Origin: Spirochaetia bacterium
GTDB taxonomy: Bacteria > Spirochaetota > Spirochaetia > DSM-2461
Assembly: GCA_963668315.1 (NCBI GenBank)
Contig: OY764216.1
Coordinates: forward strand, 3,392,001-3,456,000
DNA length: 64,000 nt
Direction of reading: 5' to 3'
In this document: positions 19,613 through 31,100 of the stretch, piece by piece
How positions within the stretch are numbered: the stretch's first letter is position 1
How the letters are laid out: every line of letters begins with the position of its first letter
Made by a program: the position numbers and the translations under genes
Notes under the pieces: generated by a model
The model's database searches: none
Seen by the model: the letters and a program-made list of their open reading frames with translations, nothing else
Told to the model about the DNA's origin: nothing

Positions 19613-22600
19613 ATGAAAAACAAAAAAATTTTATGTATTCTTTTTTTTCAAATGATTATTCATTATTTGTTTGCAGAATATGATGTCAGCAATAATTTCT
19701 GCAATGTTAGGGATGTTTCATATTCTCCTTCCATTACCGTTTCAAGTGATAAGATTATTCGTGAGCAATTCTTCCTTAGATGGCTGAAGCCAAAGAGTAA
19801 TACAACGTATAATAATTATTGCTATATGATTTTTCTTGATAGTGATAAAGATGGGGAATTCAATGGGAATAAACAAATATTTAATTGGACAGGTATAGGT
19901 AGTAGCTCTGCTTATGATGTTGATATAGATATTAGTATACTTGACAGTGGTGGTAATGATAGAATTATTTATTTTGAGGAAAATATAGGAAACAATGGAT
20001 ATTATGAGACTAGTGTTGATGGTTTTTATAAAGCAAGAAATGCATATAATAGTTCTGGAATCTTTGAAAAAGAAATTGATCTTTCAAGCTTTGAAGGCTT
20101 AACTTCTGGTGATACTATTGGAGTGATTGTTGCTGCTGCACAAGGTAATGCCTTTAAGCAATCATCTGGAATAATACAACCAACAAGTTGTTCTTTATTT
20201 TATTACAGGACGTCATTAATATTAGATAAAAGTGTATTGAATCCATCATTGATTATATCTCAATATAATGATGATGCCCTGAATCATCTTTATGCTAATA
20301 TTATTGATGATAATAGTATTCTATATTACTCTTCTCAGGCTCTAGAAGAAGATAAAAAGATTTTTTTTCATGAATTTACTGATTCTCCATCTGGCTTGAA
20401 TTCCTTAATTATCAATGGTGATGAGGATATACTATATTCAGAAGTTGGTAATTTACTTTTTTCATTTCCATTTTCAGGGGAAATAAATAATACGTATCAA
20501 TTTATGGATAATATCGCAAATTATTCTGATCTTGTAAATGTAAGAACAATAAACGATGATATCAAACCATATCTATTGGATGAACAAGCAACAATTTCAT
20601 ACATTGATATACGTAATCTTGATAAATTTAGTTATATTTTTTCACAGAATATAACAGATGCTCAGAAACTAGGTGGACTATATGGTAGTGGTTTGTATCA
20701 GTACTCTGAGGAAATATCAGTTTCTGTAAATGATACTGAAACGATAACAAATTATAATAATCAATATGAAGATGATGTTCCAATCACAAATAACCAAAAT
20801 GAAGAAGGGAATACAATAATTATTTCAAATCCTTATAATCCTATAAGTCCTTCTGGGGTATATATATTAACTGATTCATTTGAAAAAAGATTTGATAATT
20901 TTTTATATGATATTAAGTATCTCTGGAAGGTCTCTTTCATTGATAATTTATTTAATGTCGCAGACAACCTAATAGATATCGTTTTTGGACGAACTAGACC
21001 ACCAAAGATAGGTTCCGGGGATTCGGATGAAGATCCCATTGTAATAGATGGTAATACGGTAATAGCTAAAGTACAGCTTGGTAAGCAATATGATGATGAT
21101 GATATCGGAATAGAATCTATTCATTTTTCTTATGGTGATATTAGTTATGGTAAAGAAATATTAATGTCAGATATTATTGAAATAGAACCAGACGATAATG
21201 GTTTTACTGTAACAGCTACAGTCGAATTTTCTATTCCTCCAGAAATCGCCCTACAAAAGGGGATAGACTTTTCCGTATACGGAGAGTACAAAAACTCAAA
21301 TGATTCAGATCCGGTACTGTACCATTATATGCGACCGAATACAGAACTTGCTCCCGATTCGAATGATATTGCTCTAACTGTTATGAACAGCCAGGGCATT
21401 GCCTACCCATCATTATCTATGAACGACTCCACAGGTTATTCGGAGAACTCTTATATTTTCTTTTATGTCCCCGAATCTGTAGATGCTCAGCAAAACGGAT
21501 ATACCATTGATCTTTTTCCCTCTACAGATATTGAAGATGACGTACTTACTCTTGTATTAACCGCAGCAGAGGATAATTCGCTAGCAGAGTCTATTGATAT
21601 TGTGTCAGGTCATGTTCTGTTCAGTAGTAATTATCCTCTGAGTAATATTGGGGTGAAAGAATCCTATCAAGTCTCCGATCGTCAGGGTAATCTGATTGAT
21701 CAGAATATTTTAAAAACGTTTTCCGTTCAGTTGGAATCGGATGATTCCCTTATTCTTGATGGGGGAGAGCTGAATACTGAAATACTCTATGATATGAATG
21801 GGGATGGGAAAAACTACCTCTTTTGGGAGTACCACTTCCCGGATGTTGTCACGGATAAGAGTGGAATCCAATCGATAATAGTTGATTGCGATTACACAAA
21901 CGATGAATCCTTTGAAAAAACATTTAGTTTTAGGGGTACTGATGATTTTAATGGTGCTGTTTTCAATGGCTCTTTTCTTCTTGATGAACTAGAGGAAGGG
22001 ACAGATCTAAATGTTGATCTTAGACTCAGTATAAACGATTGGGCAGGAAATAACGTTACCATATCACCTTCAGTTTACTATGATTATAAGAATCCCATAG
22101 TTTTGGAGAGCTCCCGTTCAGAAGATGACGGGACAGGATCAGTTCTGGGGCTTGCTAATCGGGATACGGATGAGAATGATCTCTATTTCAGTTCCTATGA
22201 TAACACCGGAAAAGAGATACGAATCAAACTTGATTGCAGCGATTTTACAGGTAATGAAATCTGTACAATCACACCATCCATGGTCTCTTTCGGCTATGCT
22301 ATAGGAACAATGGAAAACGGTACAGCCGGAACCTTTATTGATACGGATCCAGAGAGTATGGGAACCGATGGTGAGGCCTTCGTAACCATTACCTATACAG
22401 GAGAGGATACCATCCCATCCAATGAGAGATTACGCTTTACCCTGTCCTATGAGGACAGGGCCGGTAATGTCAGTGTTCAGGACTATTTCGTTTATACCCC
22501 CTGCTTTCTAGATATGAATTTTACCGATTATGTTCACCTATCGGAAGATCAGTACGATGCGATATTGGGCCATAACTTCAAATTTGAGAAACTGACCGAT

Positions 22601-25600
22601 ACCGTGGATTTTGAGATTTCTCGCTATACCGAGGTAGGCGGAAGAGAACTTGGTGCGAGTTCCCTGAGTTTTGGTGATGATAAGTTCGATTATGGCTATT
22701 ACCTTGATCCCCATAATGTTCCCCACGAGTATGGCCAGTACTTGATGCTGGGGAAGAACGGCTCCGGCTACTGCTATGATAACAGCGGGGCTAATCCCGG
22801 ATTGAAAGAGACTTTTGAGGGAAAGAATAATATCCCCGTCCTCACGAGAGGCGATTCTCTTGTTAATGGCGTATTCGCTGACGATTCCTATATTCTGGGT
22901 CCTGAGAGTACCTGGAACTATGTCGTTACCGATCCCGATGAGGAGGATGAGTATGTCATAAAAGCCTTTCTCTCTCCCTCCGGGCAGGAGCCGACTGAGG
23001 ATGACCTGATAACTCTGGATGAATATGGGAGCCTGCTTGACGGGGGAAATATTGATCTTTCATCACTCCTGACAGATGATGAAACACTGTCTTCCCAGAA
23101 GAACTATGTCATCAATGGTCAAGAATATACCCTCTATCTTCTTGCGGAAGACAGCTGGACAAGCAGGGTTGATGGGGAACCCCAGTCCCGAGATTTCTGC
23201 ATTGCCGATGAAGGGGCGGAGACTTTCAATTTCACCTATGACAATGAGAGCCCCTCTCTGGTTTATCAATATGAAAAGAATTCCGGATACTCCTATATTT
23301 ATGGTGACATCAATCTTTCCGTTACAGATAATGCTGCGGGCCTTCAGGATATCAGCCTCGACGACCAAACCAGCGATAGCCTGGAAGGGTTCATTAGCCT
23401 GGAAACCCTATCCGATTCGGAATACAGTCACCGGATCTCCGATATCCCCGATAGTACAGAACTAAACACGGTTTATCTGGAACTGATAGATAATGTGGGT
23501 AATAGCAATAGGGTTTCTATCGGCCCCTTTGCCAAGGACAGTCTCGCTCCTGTTCTTGATTCCGTCGGGATCAAGGAACTGACACCCCTTGGTTCCACCT
23601 ATTACCTCAATGATTTAGAAGTCCCTGTTTCCCTAACCTGGTCCGATGGGACATCGGGGGGGGAGGATGTGGAGTATCGTTTTTACCAAGAAGGTGAGAA
23701 CGTATTCACGGGAAAGACTTCCGTGGGGAGTTCAAGCAAGTCGGAACCCGCCTGGGATCTTTTCTGCTCTTTGAGCGGATATTCCTTTAATAACGATATC
23801 TATGAGTTGCGGGTTCGCCTTTTTGATAAGGCTGGGAACGGTTCGGAGTGGATGAGTGTTTTATCCTCTCTCGTCTTTGATACGACAAGTCCCGTCATCA
23901 GGATAACCGGTCTTTCCGGTGGCAGCCTGTATGGGGGGGCTTATTATCTCAATCGTGATAATGATGTTACCCTAAGTACATCCCTTACCGAAGTGAATCC
24001 TGCTTCCGAAGATCCTGATTACCGGATTCAGAATGAAGAGGTCACATTAACAGGAAATAACCTCGCCGATCTTTTGGACGAGAGCAGTGTTTCCGACGGA
24101 GAAGAATACGAGCTTTCCGTGGGGATAGCTGACCTGGCGGGGAACTTCGGCTGGAGTGAACCGGTTACTCTTCGTATAGATGAGACCGCTCCTGCTATGG
24201 CCTCAGACAGTCTTGTCTATGGTGGTAATGCCACGTCATTCTACTCGGGAGGACAATTCCGTTTCAGTTTGGAAAATGTAGATGACGATCTGGCAGGTTT
24301 CTTCGTAACCATAGGGCAGGAAGAAGACGGAACATTCCAGCCTTCCCTCAGTGAGTTGATCACGGGTCACTTGTCCGATGGTTCCGTTGCGTTCAGTTAT
24401 ATACCGGGTAGTGTCTACAATATCAACATTCCCGATGTGGAGAGCGGTAATTATACCATTCAAGTTTACGGCGTTGATCATACTGGTAACGTAGGGGCTA
24501 TGACGGAAATGGACACTCATCTTCCCATAGATAACAGCCAGGGACGGGTGATTGTCAAAGACAGCAGTATCTATACCAACAACTCCCATGCTCTTAGTGC
24601 CTATTGGGAATACAAGGAAGGGGAGGATTCTGTCGTTGACGAAGAGGATTCCATAAACGGCTACTACTACCGTATCTACAGTGTAGCGGAGAATCAGCCC
24701 GTTACCGCATGGAACTATACCTCTGAAGGCTCCGCCGATTATCTCTTTGAGAATGCCCTGACCAATGGGGATACCTATTTCTTCGAGGTGTATGCCGTTT
24801 TTGATAGCGGCCATCTCACTTATACTGGATACAGCAGCGGGGCGATTGTAGACCTTGTCGCTCCCGACGTGCAGGCTCTATCCCTCCCAGAGTATTCAAC
24901 CCTTTCCGGACTTTCCTTGAGCTGGAGCGCCTCCGATAGTGAGACGTTTATCGAAAGCGTGGAAGCGATGGTGGAAATCTACGATTACGACGATGAGGGA
25001 AACCTTCTTTTTGATACGGAAGAGATCGACGGTAATGAAATCAAAACGGCCAGAAAGATTGTTTCCGGTCCCTACATGCTGGGTAACGGCGAGACGGGAG
25101 AGGATGTGGCTGTCTTTTCTGCGGAAGAAGCGGCTGCCTTTGACCTCCCCGATGGGGAGAGTCTCTTTGTGGTTCTCCGCATAACGGATCGTGCGGGGAA
25201 TGTGAAGGAAACTTCGGCCGGTGTATGTATCAAAGATGACAGCGCTCCCCCCTCTCCCGTTGTAATTGATCTAGGGGATTACGTGAATCCTCTCTATAAC
25301 TCTCTTGCCTTTGACTGGACCCATAGTCCGATAGATGGGGATAGCGGTTTTAAGGAGTATACCTACCAGATTCTGGCCGACGGGACGTCCCCGGGGGATG
25401 AATGGATTCCTATTGACGGAAACAGTCTCACCCTCACCAAGGGTGAGGGAGATGACATCATCTATACCCTTTCCGATGGGAGCGAGTTGACTCTGGATAA
25501 TGGTTCCCATGTCAGAATGGCTCTGCGGGTAACGAACCGGGCGGGCCTTTCCACGGTCGGCTACAGCAACGGCATTATCCTGGATACCTCAAAACCAGAA

Positions 25601-28144
25601 ATCCCCATAGTTAAGCTGGGAATAGTGGATGAAGGTGACTTTGTCTCCCTGAATTACCTCCTCGATGAAGATCTCAACCTGTCCTTTTCCTCTCTGGATC
25701 TTGAATCGGACATCAGCGAATATGCCTATGAGCCGGTATTCTATGAGGAAGGCCAGTGGAAATCCCTGGGTGATGAAGTACGGGTTTACAAGGCTGATGG
25801 GGAAATTATCGCCGAAACTGTCCCGGAGACTTTAGATGATTACGAAGTGCTTTACTACAAAGTGTCGGCTTATAACAACACCGGTGATGCTTCTACCATG
25901 CCCGGTTATTCCAACGGAGCGGCAAATTACAACGATGTCCCCGTCATTACCGATGCGGTGGGCCAGGCTTCAGACGGAACGATTATGGTCACGTGGAATG
26001 TGGAAAATGATATTCCCCTGGAAGCGGTGTATCTCGAACTCGAACCCCTTTTCGGATCAAGCTATACCGTTTCTGAGATGACGGTCTCCGGTTCTCTCCG
26101 GACCTATTGTTTCACCGATGTACCCGATGGCTTCTACAGGGCTAGATTAACCTGCAAGGCCGTTTATGGTACCGTCTCCGATACGGAAGTTGTCAGCAAC
26201 GCCATCGTGGTAGATTCGGACGCTCCCCTTGTCTCCGCATTCCAATATGACGCCTATGTCTATGATACATTGAATTATTCCTTTGCCATGGCAGACTCCC
26301 TTTCCGGAATTGCCGGGTATCGATACCGCGTCGGTACGGTGGGACAACCCGATCTGCTGACCCAGGGATGGGTTGTTAAGAATACGAGTGCTGCCGTCAT
26401 TTCGGGAAGTATCTCTATAGAGGATGAGTTATCCGGAGGCATTGATTCACTCAATCCCGCCGACGGCGTTCTCCTCTCCGTTCAGGCGGTGGACCGATGC
26501 GGGAACTGGTCGGATATCAGCTATAGCAATCCCATTATCATTGACAGGACAGCCCCGGCTACCCCGACCGTATCCATGAATAGAGTTGTAGAGGTGGATC
26601 AGGAATTGACTGGGGCCGATCTGGAAAGCTATACCCGTGATAATGATTATATTGTCAGTTCCACGGAGATTGGGAACCTGATCATCAACAGCCTCGATGG
26701 GGAGAGCGGTCTGAAGAGCTATCGCTGGGCAGTCCGGGCAACCGATGATACTTCCGATCTGACATGGTCCGATTTTATACTCCTGGATGGGGATAGCATC
26801 GAAAGCAGTACCATAGAAGCCTCCCTGGATACGGAAGGAATCCTGTTAATGGAAGACAACCTGACCTACCGGACCTATATCGAAACCAGGAATCAAGTGG
26901 GACTTGTCTCTGAATGGGGAGTCTCCGGTGATTTCCTCGCCGATTTCACGGCCCCTCTCTTTGAGATAGACGGTGAGAATTCCGGCGTCGGTTATGTGAA
27001 TGGTAAGGTTATTGTAAATGGAACCGACAGTGTTACTCTTACCGATGTGGTAGAGGAAAGCGATATCCTGATTATGGATTATTCCTGGGATAATGCGGAT
27101 GGGGAAGTGGTGAGTGAAGGGACTGCCTATTACTTCGGACGGGAGAACTTTTCTGCCATAACCGTTCCTTTCGAACTTCCGGAAGGGAGTGATAATGGTA
27201 ATTACGAGTTGACTGTGACTTTGAAGGACTCCGGCGGTTTCGCAACGACGAAAACACAATCCCTCCGCTATAATGCAGCCCCTGTGGTAACCGTATCGGA
27301 ACTGAGCACCAATCCGAAGCGACCCCTGGCCTGGGATGTCTGGAGCTCCGTTTACGATGCGGACGGTGTGACCGAAGTCAGTCTGGAGGTTCTGGATTAT
27401 CAGGGCGAGATTGTCGATCAGAGTGAAATCTCAGCGGGCCTGGACTATACGATTGAACTGGGGCATCCCGATTCAACGCCCCTGGCTCAACACTCCGTTT
27501 ATACCTTGGCCGTGACAGCAACCGATGGTTTCGGTCAGACCTCTACTAATGAGGTTACTCTGAATATCTACAATACTTCGGAAGGTCTGCTTTACACCAA
27601 TGAATACTGGTCCGATGGGCATTGGCTGACCGGTTTGGTTACGATCCCCGAAGGTTTGGGCCTGACAGTCGCCGATGGTGCGAGCATAAAGATGAATCTT
27701 ACCGATGAAGATGATGCCCCGGGACTACTGGTTGAGGAAGGCGCTACTCTATCCCATGAAGGAAGCGCTACCTATGAGTGGGGGAGCGAACAGAGTTCCT
27801 ACTGGCAGGGTATTTTCATGAAGGGAGAGGGTGATCTGAATGGAATTACCATTAGTGGGGCTTCTAGGGGAATCATACTGGATTCTGAATCGGTTATATC
27901 CCTTCAGAATATTAACTTCGACGGAAACCTGATAGGTCTTCACCTATTGGGTTACAGCCCGGAAATCCAGGATTGTACTTTCACGAACAACGTCTACTAC
28001 GGCGTGAAGGAAGAAGGGGATTGTACACCCTCGCTCTCTGGAAATACCTTCAGCGAGAACGGATATGACTATTACGATTCGGAGGAAACCGTAATGGATG
28101 GTGACCAGGCGGAAGGCATGAGTGCCGCAGGAAATGGGAACTAG
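19613..28144 (+). CDS. Giant acidic secreted protein (~2843 aa) with many Ig-like/FN3-like repeats and a C-terminal right-handed beta-helix
   Basis: Sec signal MKNKKILCILFF...LFA; recurring D.AGN and D..AP Ig-repeat motifs; DxDxDG-like motifs; PbH1-like end (PEIQDCTFTNNVYYGV, PSLSGNTFSEN). Confidence 0.8.
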   Translation: MKNKKILCILFFQMIIHYLFAEYDVSNNFCNVRDVSYSPSITVSSDKIIREQFFLRWLKPKSNTTYNNYCYMIFLDSDKDGEFNGNKQIFNWTGIGSSSAYDVDIDISILDSGGNDRIIYFEENIGNNGYYETSVDGFYKARNAYNSSGIFEKEIDLSSFEGLTSGDTIGVIVAAAQGNAFKQSSGIIQPTSCSLFYYRTSLILDKSVLNPSLIISQYNDDALNHLYANIIDDNSILYYSSQALEEDKKIFFHEFTDSPSGLNSLIINGDEDILYSEVGNLLFSFPFSGEINNTYQFMDNIANYSDLVNVRTINDDIKPYLLDEQATISYIDIRNLDKFSYIFSQNITDAQKLGGLYGSGLYQYSEEISVSVNDTETITNYNNQYEDDVPITNNQNEEGNTIIISNPYNPISPSGVYILTDSFEKRFDNFLYDIKYLWKVSFIDNLFNVADNLIDIVFGRTRPPKIGSGDSDEDPIVIDGNTVIAKVQLGKQYDDDDIGIESIHFSYGDISYGKEILMSDIIEIEPDDNGFTVTATVEFSIPPEIALQKGIDFSVYGEYKNSNDSDPVLYHYMRPNTELAPDSNDIALTVMNSQGIAYPSLSMNDSTGYSENSYIFFYVPESVDAQQNGYTIDLFPSTDIEDDVLTLVLTAAEDNSLAESIDIVSGHVLFSSNYPLSNIGVKESYQVSDRQGNLIDQNILKTFSVQLESDDSLILDGGELNTEILYDMNGDGKNYLFWEYHFPDVVTDKSGIQSIIVDCDYTNDESFEKTFSFRGTDDFNGAVFNGSFLLDELEEGTDLNVDLRLSINDWAGNNVTISPSVYYDYKNPIVLESSRSEDDGTGSVLGLANRDTDENDLYFSSYDNTGKEIRIKLDCSDFTGNEICTITPSMVSFGYAIGTMENGTAGTFIDTDPESMGTDGEAFVTITYTGEDTIPSNERLRFTLSYEDRAGNVSVQDYFVYTPCFLDMNFTDYVHLSEDQYDAILGHNFKFEKLTDTVDFEISRYTEVGGRELGASSLSFGDDKFDYGYYLDPHNVPHEYGQYLMLGKNGSGYCYDNSGANPGLKETFEGKNNIPVLTRGDSLVNGVFADDSYILGPESTWNYVVTDPDEEDEYVIKAFLSPSGQEPTEDDLITLDEYGSLLDGGNIDLSSLLTDDETLSSQKNYVINGQEYTLYLLAEDSWTSRVDGEPQSRDFCIADEGAETFNFTYDNESPSLVYQYEKNSGYSYIYGDINLSVTDNAAGLQDISLDDQTSDSLEGFISLETLSDSEYSHRISDIPDSTELNTVYLELIDNVGNSNRVSIGPFAKDSLAPVLDSVGIKELTPLGSTYYLNDLEVPVSLTWSDGTSGGEDVEYRFYQEGENVFTGKTSVGSSSKSEPAWDLFCSLSGYSFNNDIYELRVRLFDKAGNGSEWMSVLSSLVFDTTSPVIRITGLSGGSLYGGAYYLNRDNDVTLSTSLTEVNPASEDPDYRIQNEEVTLTGNNLADLLDESSVSDGEEYELSVGIADLAGNFGWSEPVTLRIDETAPAMASDSLVYGGNATSFYSGGQFRFSLENVDDDLAGFFVTIGQEEDGTFQPSLSELITGHLSDGSVAFSYIPGSVYNINIPDVESGNYTIQVYGVDHTGNVGAMTEMDTHLPIDNSQGRVIVKDSSIYTNNSHALSAYWEYKEGEDSVVDEEDSINGYYYRIYSVAENQPVTAWNYTSEGSADYLFENALTNGDTYFFEVYAVFDSGHLTYTGYSSGAIVDLVAPDVQALSLPEYSTLSGLSLSWSASDSETFIESVEAMVEIYDYDDEGNLLFDTEEIDGNEIKTARKIVSGPYMLGNGETGEDVAVFSAEEAAAFDLPDGESLFVVLRITDRAGNVKETSAGVCIKDDSAPPSPVVIDLGDYVNPLYNSLAFDWTHSPIDGDSGFKEYTYQILADGTSPGDEWIPIDGNSLTLTKGEGDDIIYTLSDGSELTLDNGSHVRMALRVTNRAGLSTVGYSNGIILDTSKPEIPIVKLGIVDEGDFVSLNYLLDEDLNLSFSSLDLESDISEYAYEPVFYEEGQWKSLGDEVRVYKADGEIIAETVPETLDDYEVLYYKVSAYNNTGDASTMPGYSNGAANYNDVPVITDAVGQASDGTIMVTWNVENDIPLEAVYLELEPLFGSSYTVSEMTVSGSLRTYCFTDVPDGFYRARLTCKAVYGTVSDTEVVSNAIVVDSDAPLVSAFQYDAYVYDTLNYSFAMADSLSGIAGYRYRVGTVGQPDLLTQGWVVKNTSAAVISGSISIEDELSGGIDSLNPADGVLLSVQAVDRCGNWSDISYSNPIIIDRTAPATPTVSMNRVVEVDQELTGADLESYTRDNDYIVSSTEIGNLIINSLDGESGLKSYRWAVRATDDTSDLTWSDFILLDGDSIESSTIEASLDTEGILLMEDNLTYRTYIETRNQVGLVSEWGVSGDFLADFTAPLFEIDGENSGVGYVNGKVIVNGTDSVTLTDVVEESDILIMDYSWDNADGEVVSEGTAYYFGRENFSAITVPFELPEGSDNGNYELTVTLKDSGGFATTKTQSLRYNAAPVVTVSELSTNPKRPLAWDVWSSVYDADGVTEVSLEVLDYQGEIVDQSEISAGLDYTIELGHPDSTPLAQHSVYTLAVTATDGFGQTSTNEVTLNIYNTSEGLLYTNEYWSDGHWLTGLVTIPEGLGLTVADGASIKMNLTDEDDAPGLLVEEGATLSHEGSATYEWGSEQSSYWQGIFMKGEGDLNGITISGASRGIILDSESVISLQNINFDGNLIGLHLLGYSPEIQDCTFTNNVYYGVKEEGDCTPSLSGNTFSENGYDYYDSEETVMDGDQAEGMSAAGNGN

Positions 28145-28149
28145 GAGTA

Positions 28150-31100
28150 ATGAAGATGAAACTTTTAAATAAAACACTTTTAAGCCTGACGATGATTTTC
28201 ACCTTGTCTTCCCTCGTCTGGGGACAGTCAAGCAATCAGAATGAAATAGATAGGATTAATGAATCGGGGATTCTGGGAGACGCCCGGTTGGAAAGCATGA
28301 GCTTTTCCAATAATTATGGAAATCTGACTCCCCCCGAACTGATGCTGGATCAGGATGTGAGTACTTCGTATGGATTAACCGAAACGGCGGGATCTGCCTG
28401 GGTCCGGTTGGATTTTCAGGATCCTGTGTATCTGTATGGCCTAACCTACGAGGGCCTCGTTCCCGAGGGCGGCATGATCTTTCTCCAGACCGAGATAGAT
28501 GATCGGATCGTGACCCTGCCTTCGGGCTATGTGAACGGCAGCAGAAGTAACGGTTTGATTGATGTAAGCCTGGAAAGGATGGTTAGTGATAACCTGATCC
28601 TCCGAATCGAAGGGGAGGACCTTTCTGCTTTTCGTCTGGATGAGATTGAATTGATAAGCGAAGCTTCCGACAGTATCCTCCAGAAGAAAGAGCTCGTGCC
28701 CGAGGATCAGAGCTATAACCGGTTCTCTTTGAATAACGATAACCTGCTTGTGGACGGGCAGATCGGAACCGTTTGGAATAATACAAACAGGGGCATGAAG
28801 AATCAGGTCTACTGGATGTTCCGTCGTGTTTTGCAGGAAGGGTATCATGATTTTGAAAAGTGGAGAGTAAAGGATGACCTCATCCTGAATGTGATTACCC
28901 CCGGAGAGATGGAATTCCTGAAGATCTTCTTTACCGAGGAAGCCCAGGGAACATTAACCCTTTCAGTTCACTCCGATGATAATTGGGTCGACGCGGTGGA
29001 GATGCATCTTGAACGGGAAAGGGGATGGCAGAAGGTTGATCTTTCCCTTTTGGGAGAGATCGACCAGATAAGATTCTCTATGGAAGATCCCCGGCAGCGT
29101 TGGAAGCCCGGAGTCTATGGCGGCATTGGGGAAGTGGAGCTCTGGGCTAAGGATAAACCTGATCAGAACCGTATTATAGATCTTTTGAATCCGGACAGTC
29201 TTGTAAACAGCAAGGGCCTTGTTTTTGATATCCCCGATCTGCGGGAAGAGAATCATTGGCTTGAAATTGCGGAATCCGGTTCCAGTGAGACCCTTCCTTC
29301 TATCTATCTGAATAGTCTTGAATTGGGAGAGGGGATCCGATTTGAGTCTAATGGCATGACTTACTGGGAGGTCCCCGTTCCCTATTATATTCTGACGGAT
29401 ACGGCTAATACATTAAGGGTCGATTCTACCGATGACAGGGACGTTATTTCTCTTCAAATTTCCACTCGGAAGGGTAATCCGAATGACTTCAGCGATCCTC
29501 ACCTCAACGACGGTCGGCTTCTGAGCGGCCGTGATTATTCCGAGACTCCCCTGGAGGAGTCTTTCAATTCCGGTGAAATGGATATTGAAGAGTTTCGTCT
29601 TTATCACGGTGAGAATGGTTCGGAAAATGTCTACGTTGAGGATGGTGGAATCCGAACTTCTTTGATCGCTCATGATAGTAACTCGTACCGGGATATCTAT
29701 ACCGTTGAGGGAAAGGCGGATCTCTTAGGGATGGGATTCCCGGGGGATCTTTATGAGATGGAAATCGCCGGTTCTCAGAATGAAATCCTGACTCCCCAAA
29801 TAAAACTGATCTACCCCGAACCGGGAGTAGAACTTCCCCAAAGTTCCACCCACCATCAGAAGGTCATAGGTATCACCGACTATCCGGAAGGACGCATTAC
29901 GGTTAACGGCGTGAGAGCCCAGGTAAGTGGTAACTACTTCTGGGTTGAAATGCGGGATTTGAGGATTAATCAGCCCGGCGAGTATGATATAACCGCAGAA
30001 GTGCGGCATCGCAATGGAAATACCGGAAGCGATGTCGCTCCCATTTTGGTTGAAGATGAAAGTATTTCCCTTCTGCTGGATCAGAATGACGATCTCTACT
30101 ACACCCGGGAAGGTTCATTTACCTTCTCAGGTAATGTCCGGGGTGGATATATTGATCTCGTTGCTAACGGGGAAACTATTGAAGTATCCCGAAGGGACGG
30201 TTTTACTAAGACATTTGCTCTGGATGAGGGCCTGAACTATTTTACCTTCCAGCTGATGGCCCGGGACGGAGAAACGATTCTGAAAAGGGAAGTCAGACAG
30301 GTCTTCTTTCAGGCTAGCACGGGAGGGCTTAAGGTAACATCCCCCGTCAGTGGTGGTTATACAAACCAGGAAAACATTACCGTCTCCGGTTCCGTAATTC
30401 CCTGGGGATTGACCTCTGTCTTTGTCAACGGTACAGAGGCTACCATTGATGGTCAGACTTTCAATTGCGTCTGTCCTCTTTCCGAAGGGGAGAATATTCT
30501 GACCGTTTCGGCTAGTTATGATACGGGGGATGTCTTTGATGTACAGATAACCGTATACAGGGATAGTACCAGCCCGGTTATTATTTCAGTAGAACCGGCG
30601 GATGGTACGATTTCCGGGGATTCATCGATCATCGTCTCCGGTTATGTGCAGGAAGACAATGCCTTTACTCTCTTTATCAACGGAACTGTTATTGAAACGG
30701 TGGGAGCCTCTTTCCGCACCTTGACGCCTCTTGCGTCGGAGGGAAACAATTCCATTCAGATCACCGCCAGGGATCGTGCTGGCAACGAGGCTGTCTATCC
30801 GATCTTTCAGATCTTCCGGGATACTACAGGGCCTGTTCCTTTTACGGTCAGTTCCAATGTCAGTGGTTGGACGAACAATAATAGACCTATCATAAGCTAC
30901 TCTACTAGTGATGAGGGTATCGGTCTGAGTCACTACGAAGTCTCCATAAACGGCCATGCTTTCTACCCCCAGGAGAGTCCTTACCAGGTTCCCTATCTGC
31001 CTGATTCAACGGATGATGAAGCGGTCCCTGTCATCGTCCGTGCCTATGATCTCTTAGGGAACTATACGGACAGTGAGATAGACTTTTACATAGATACGGT

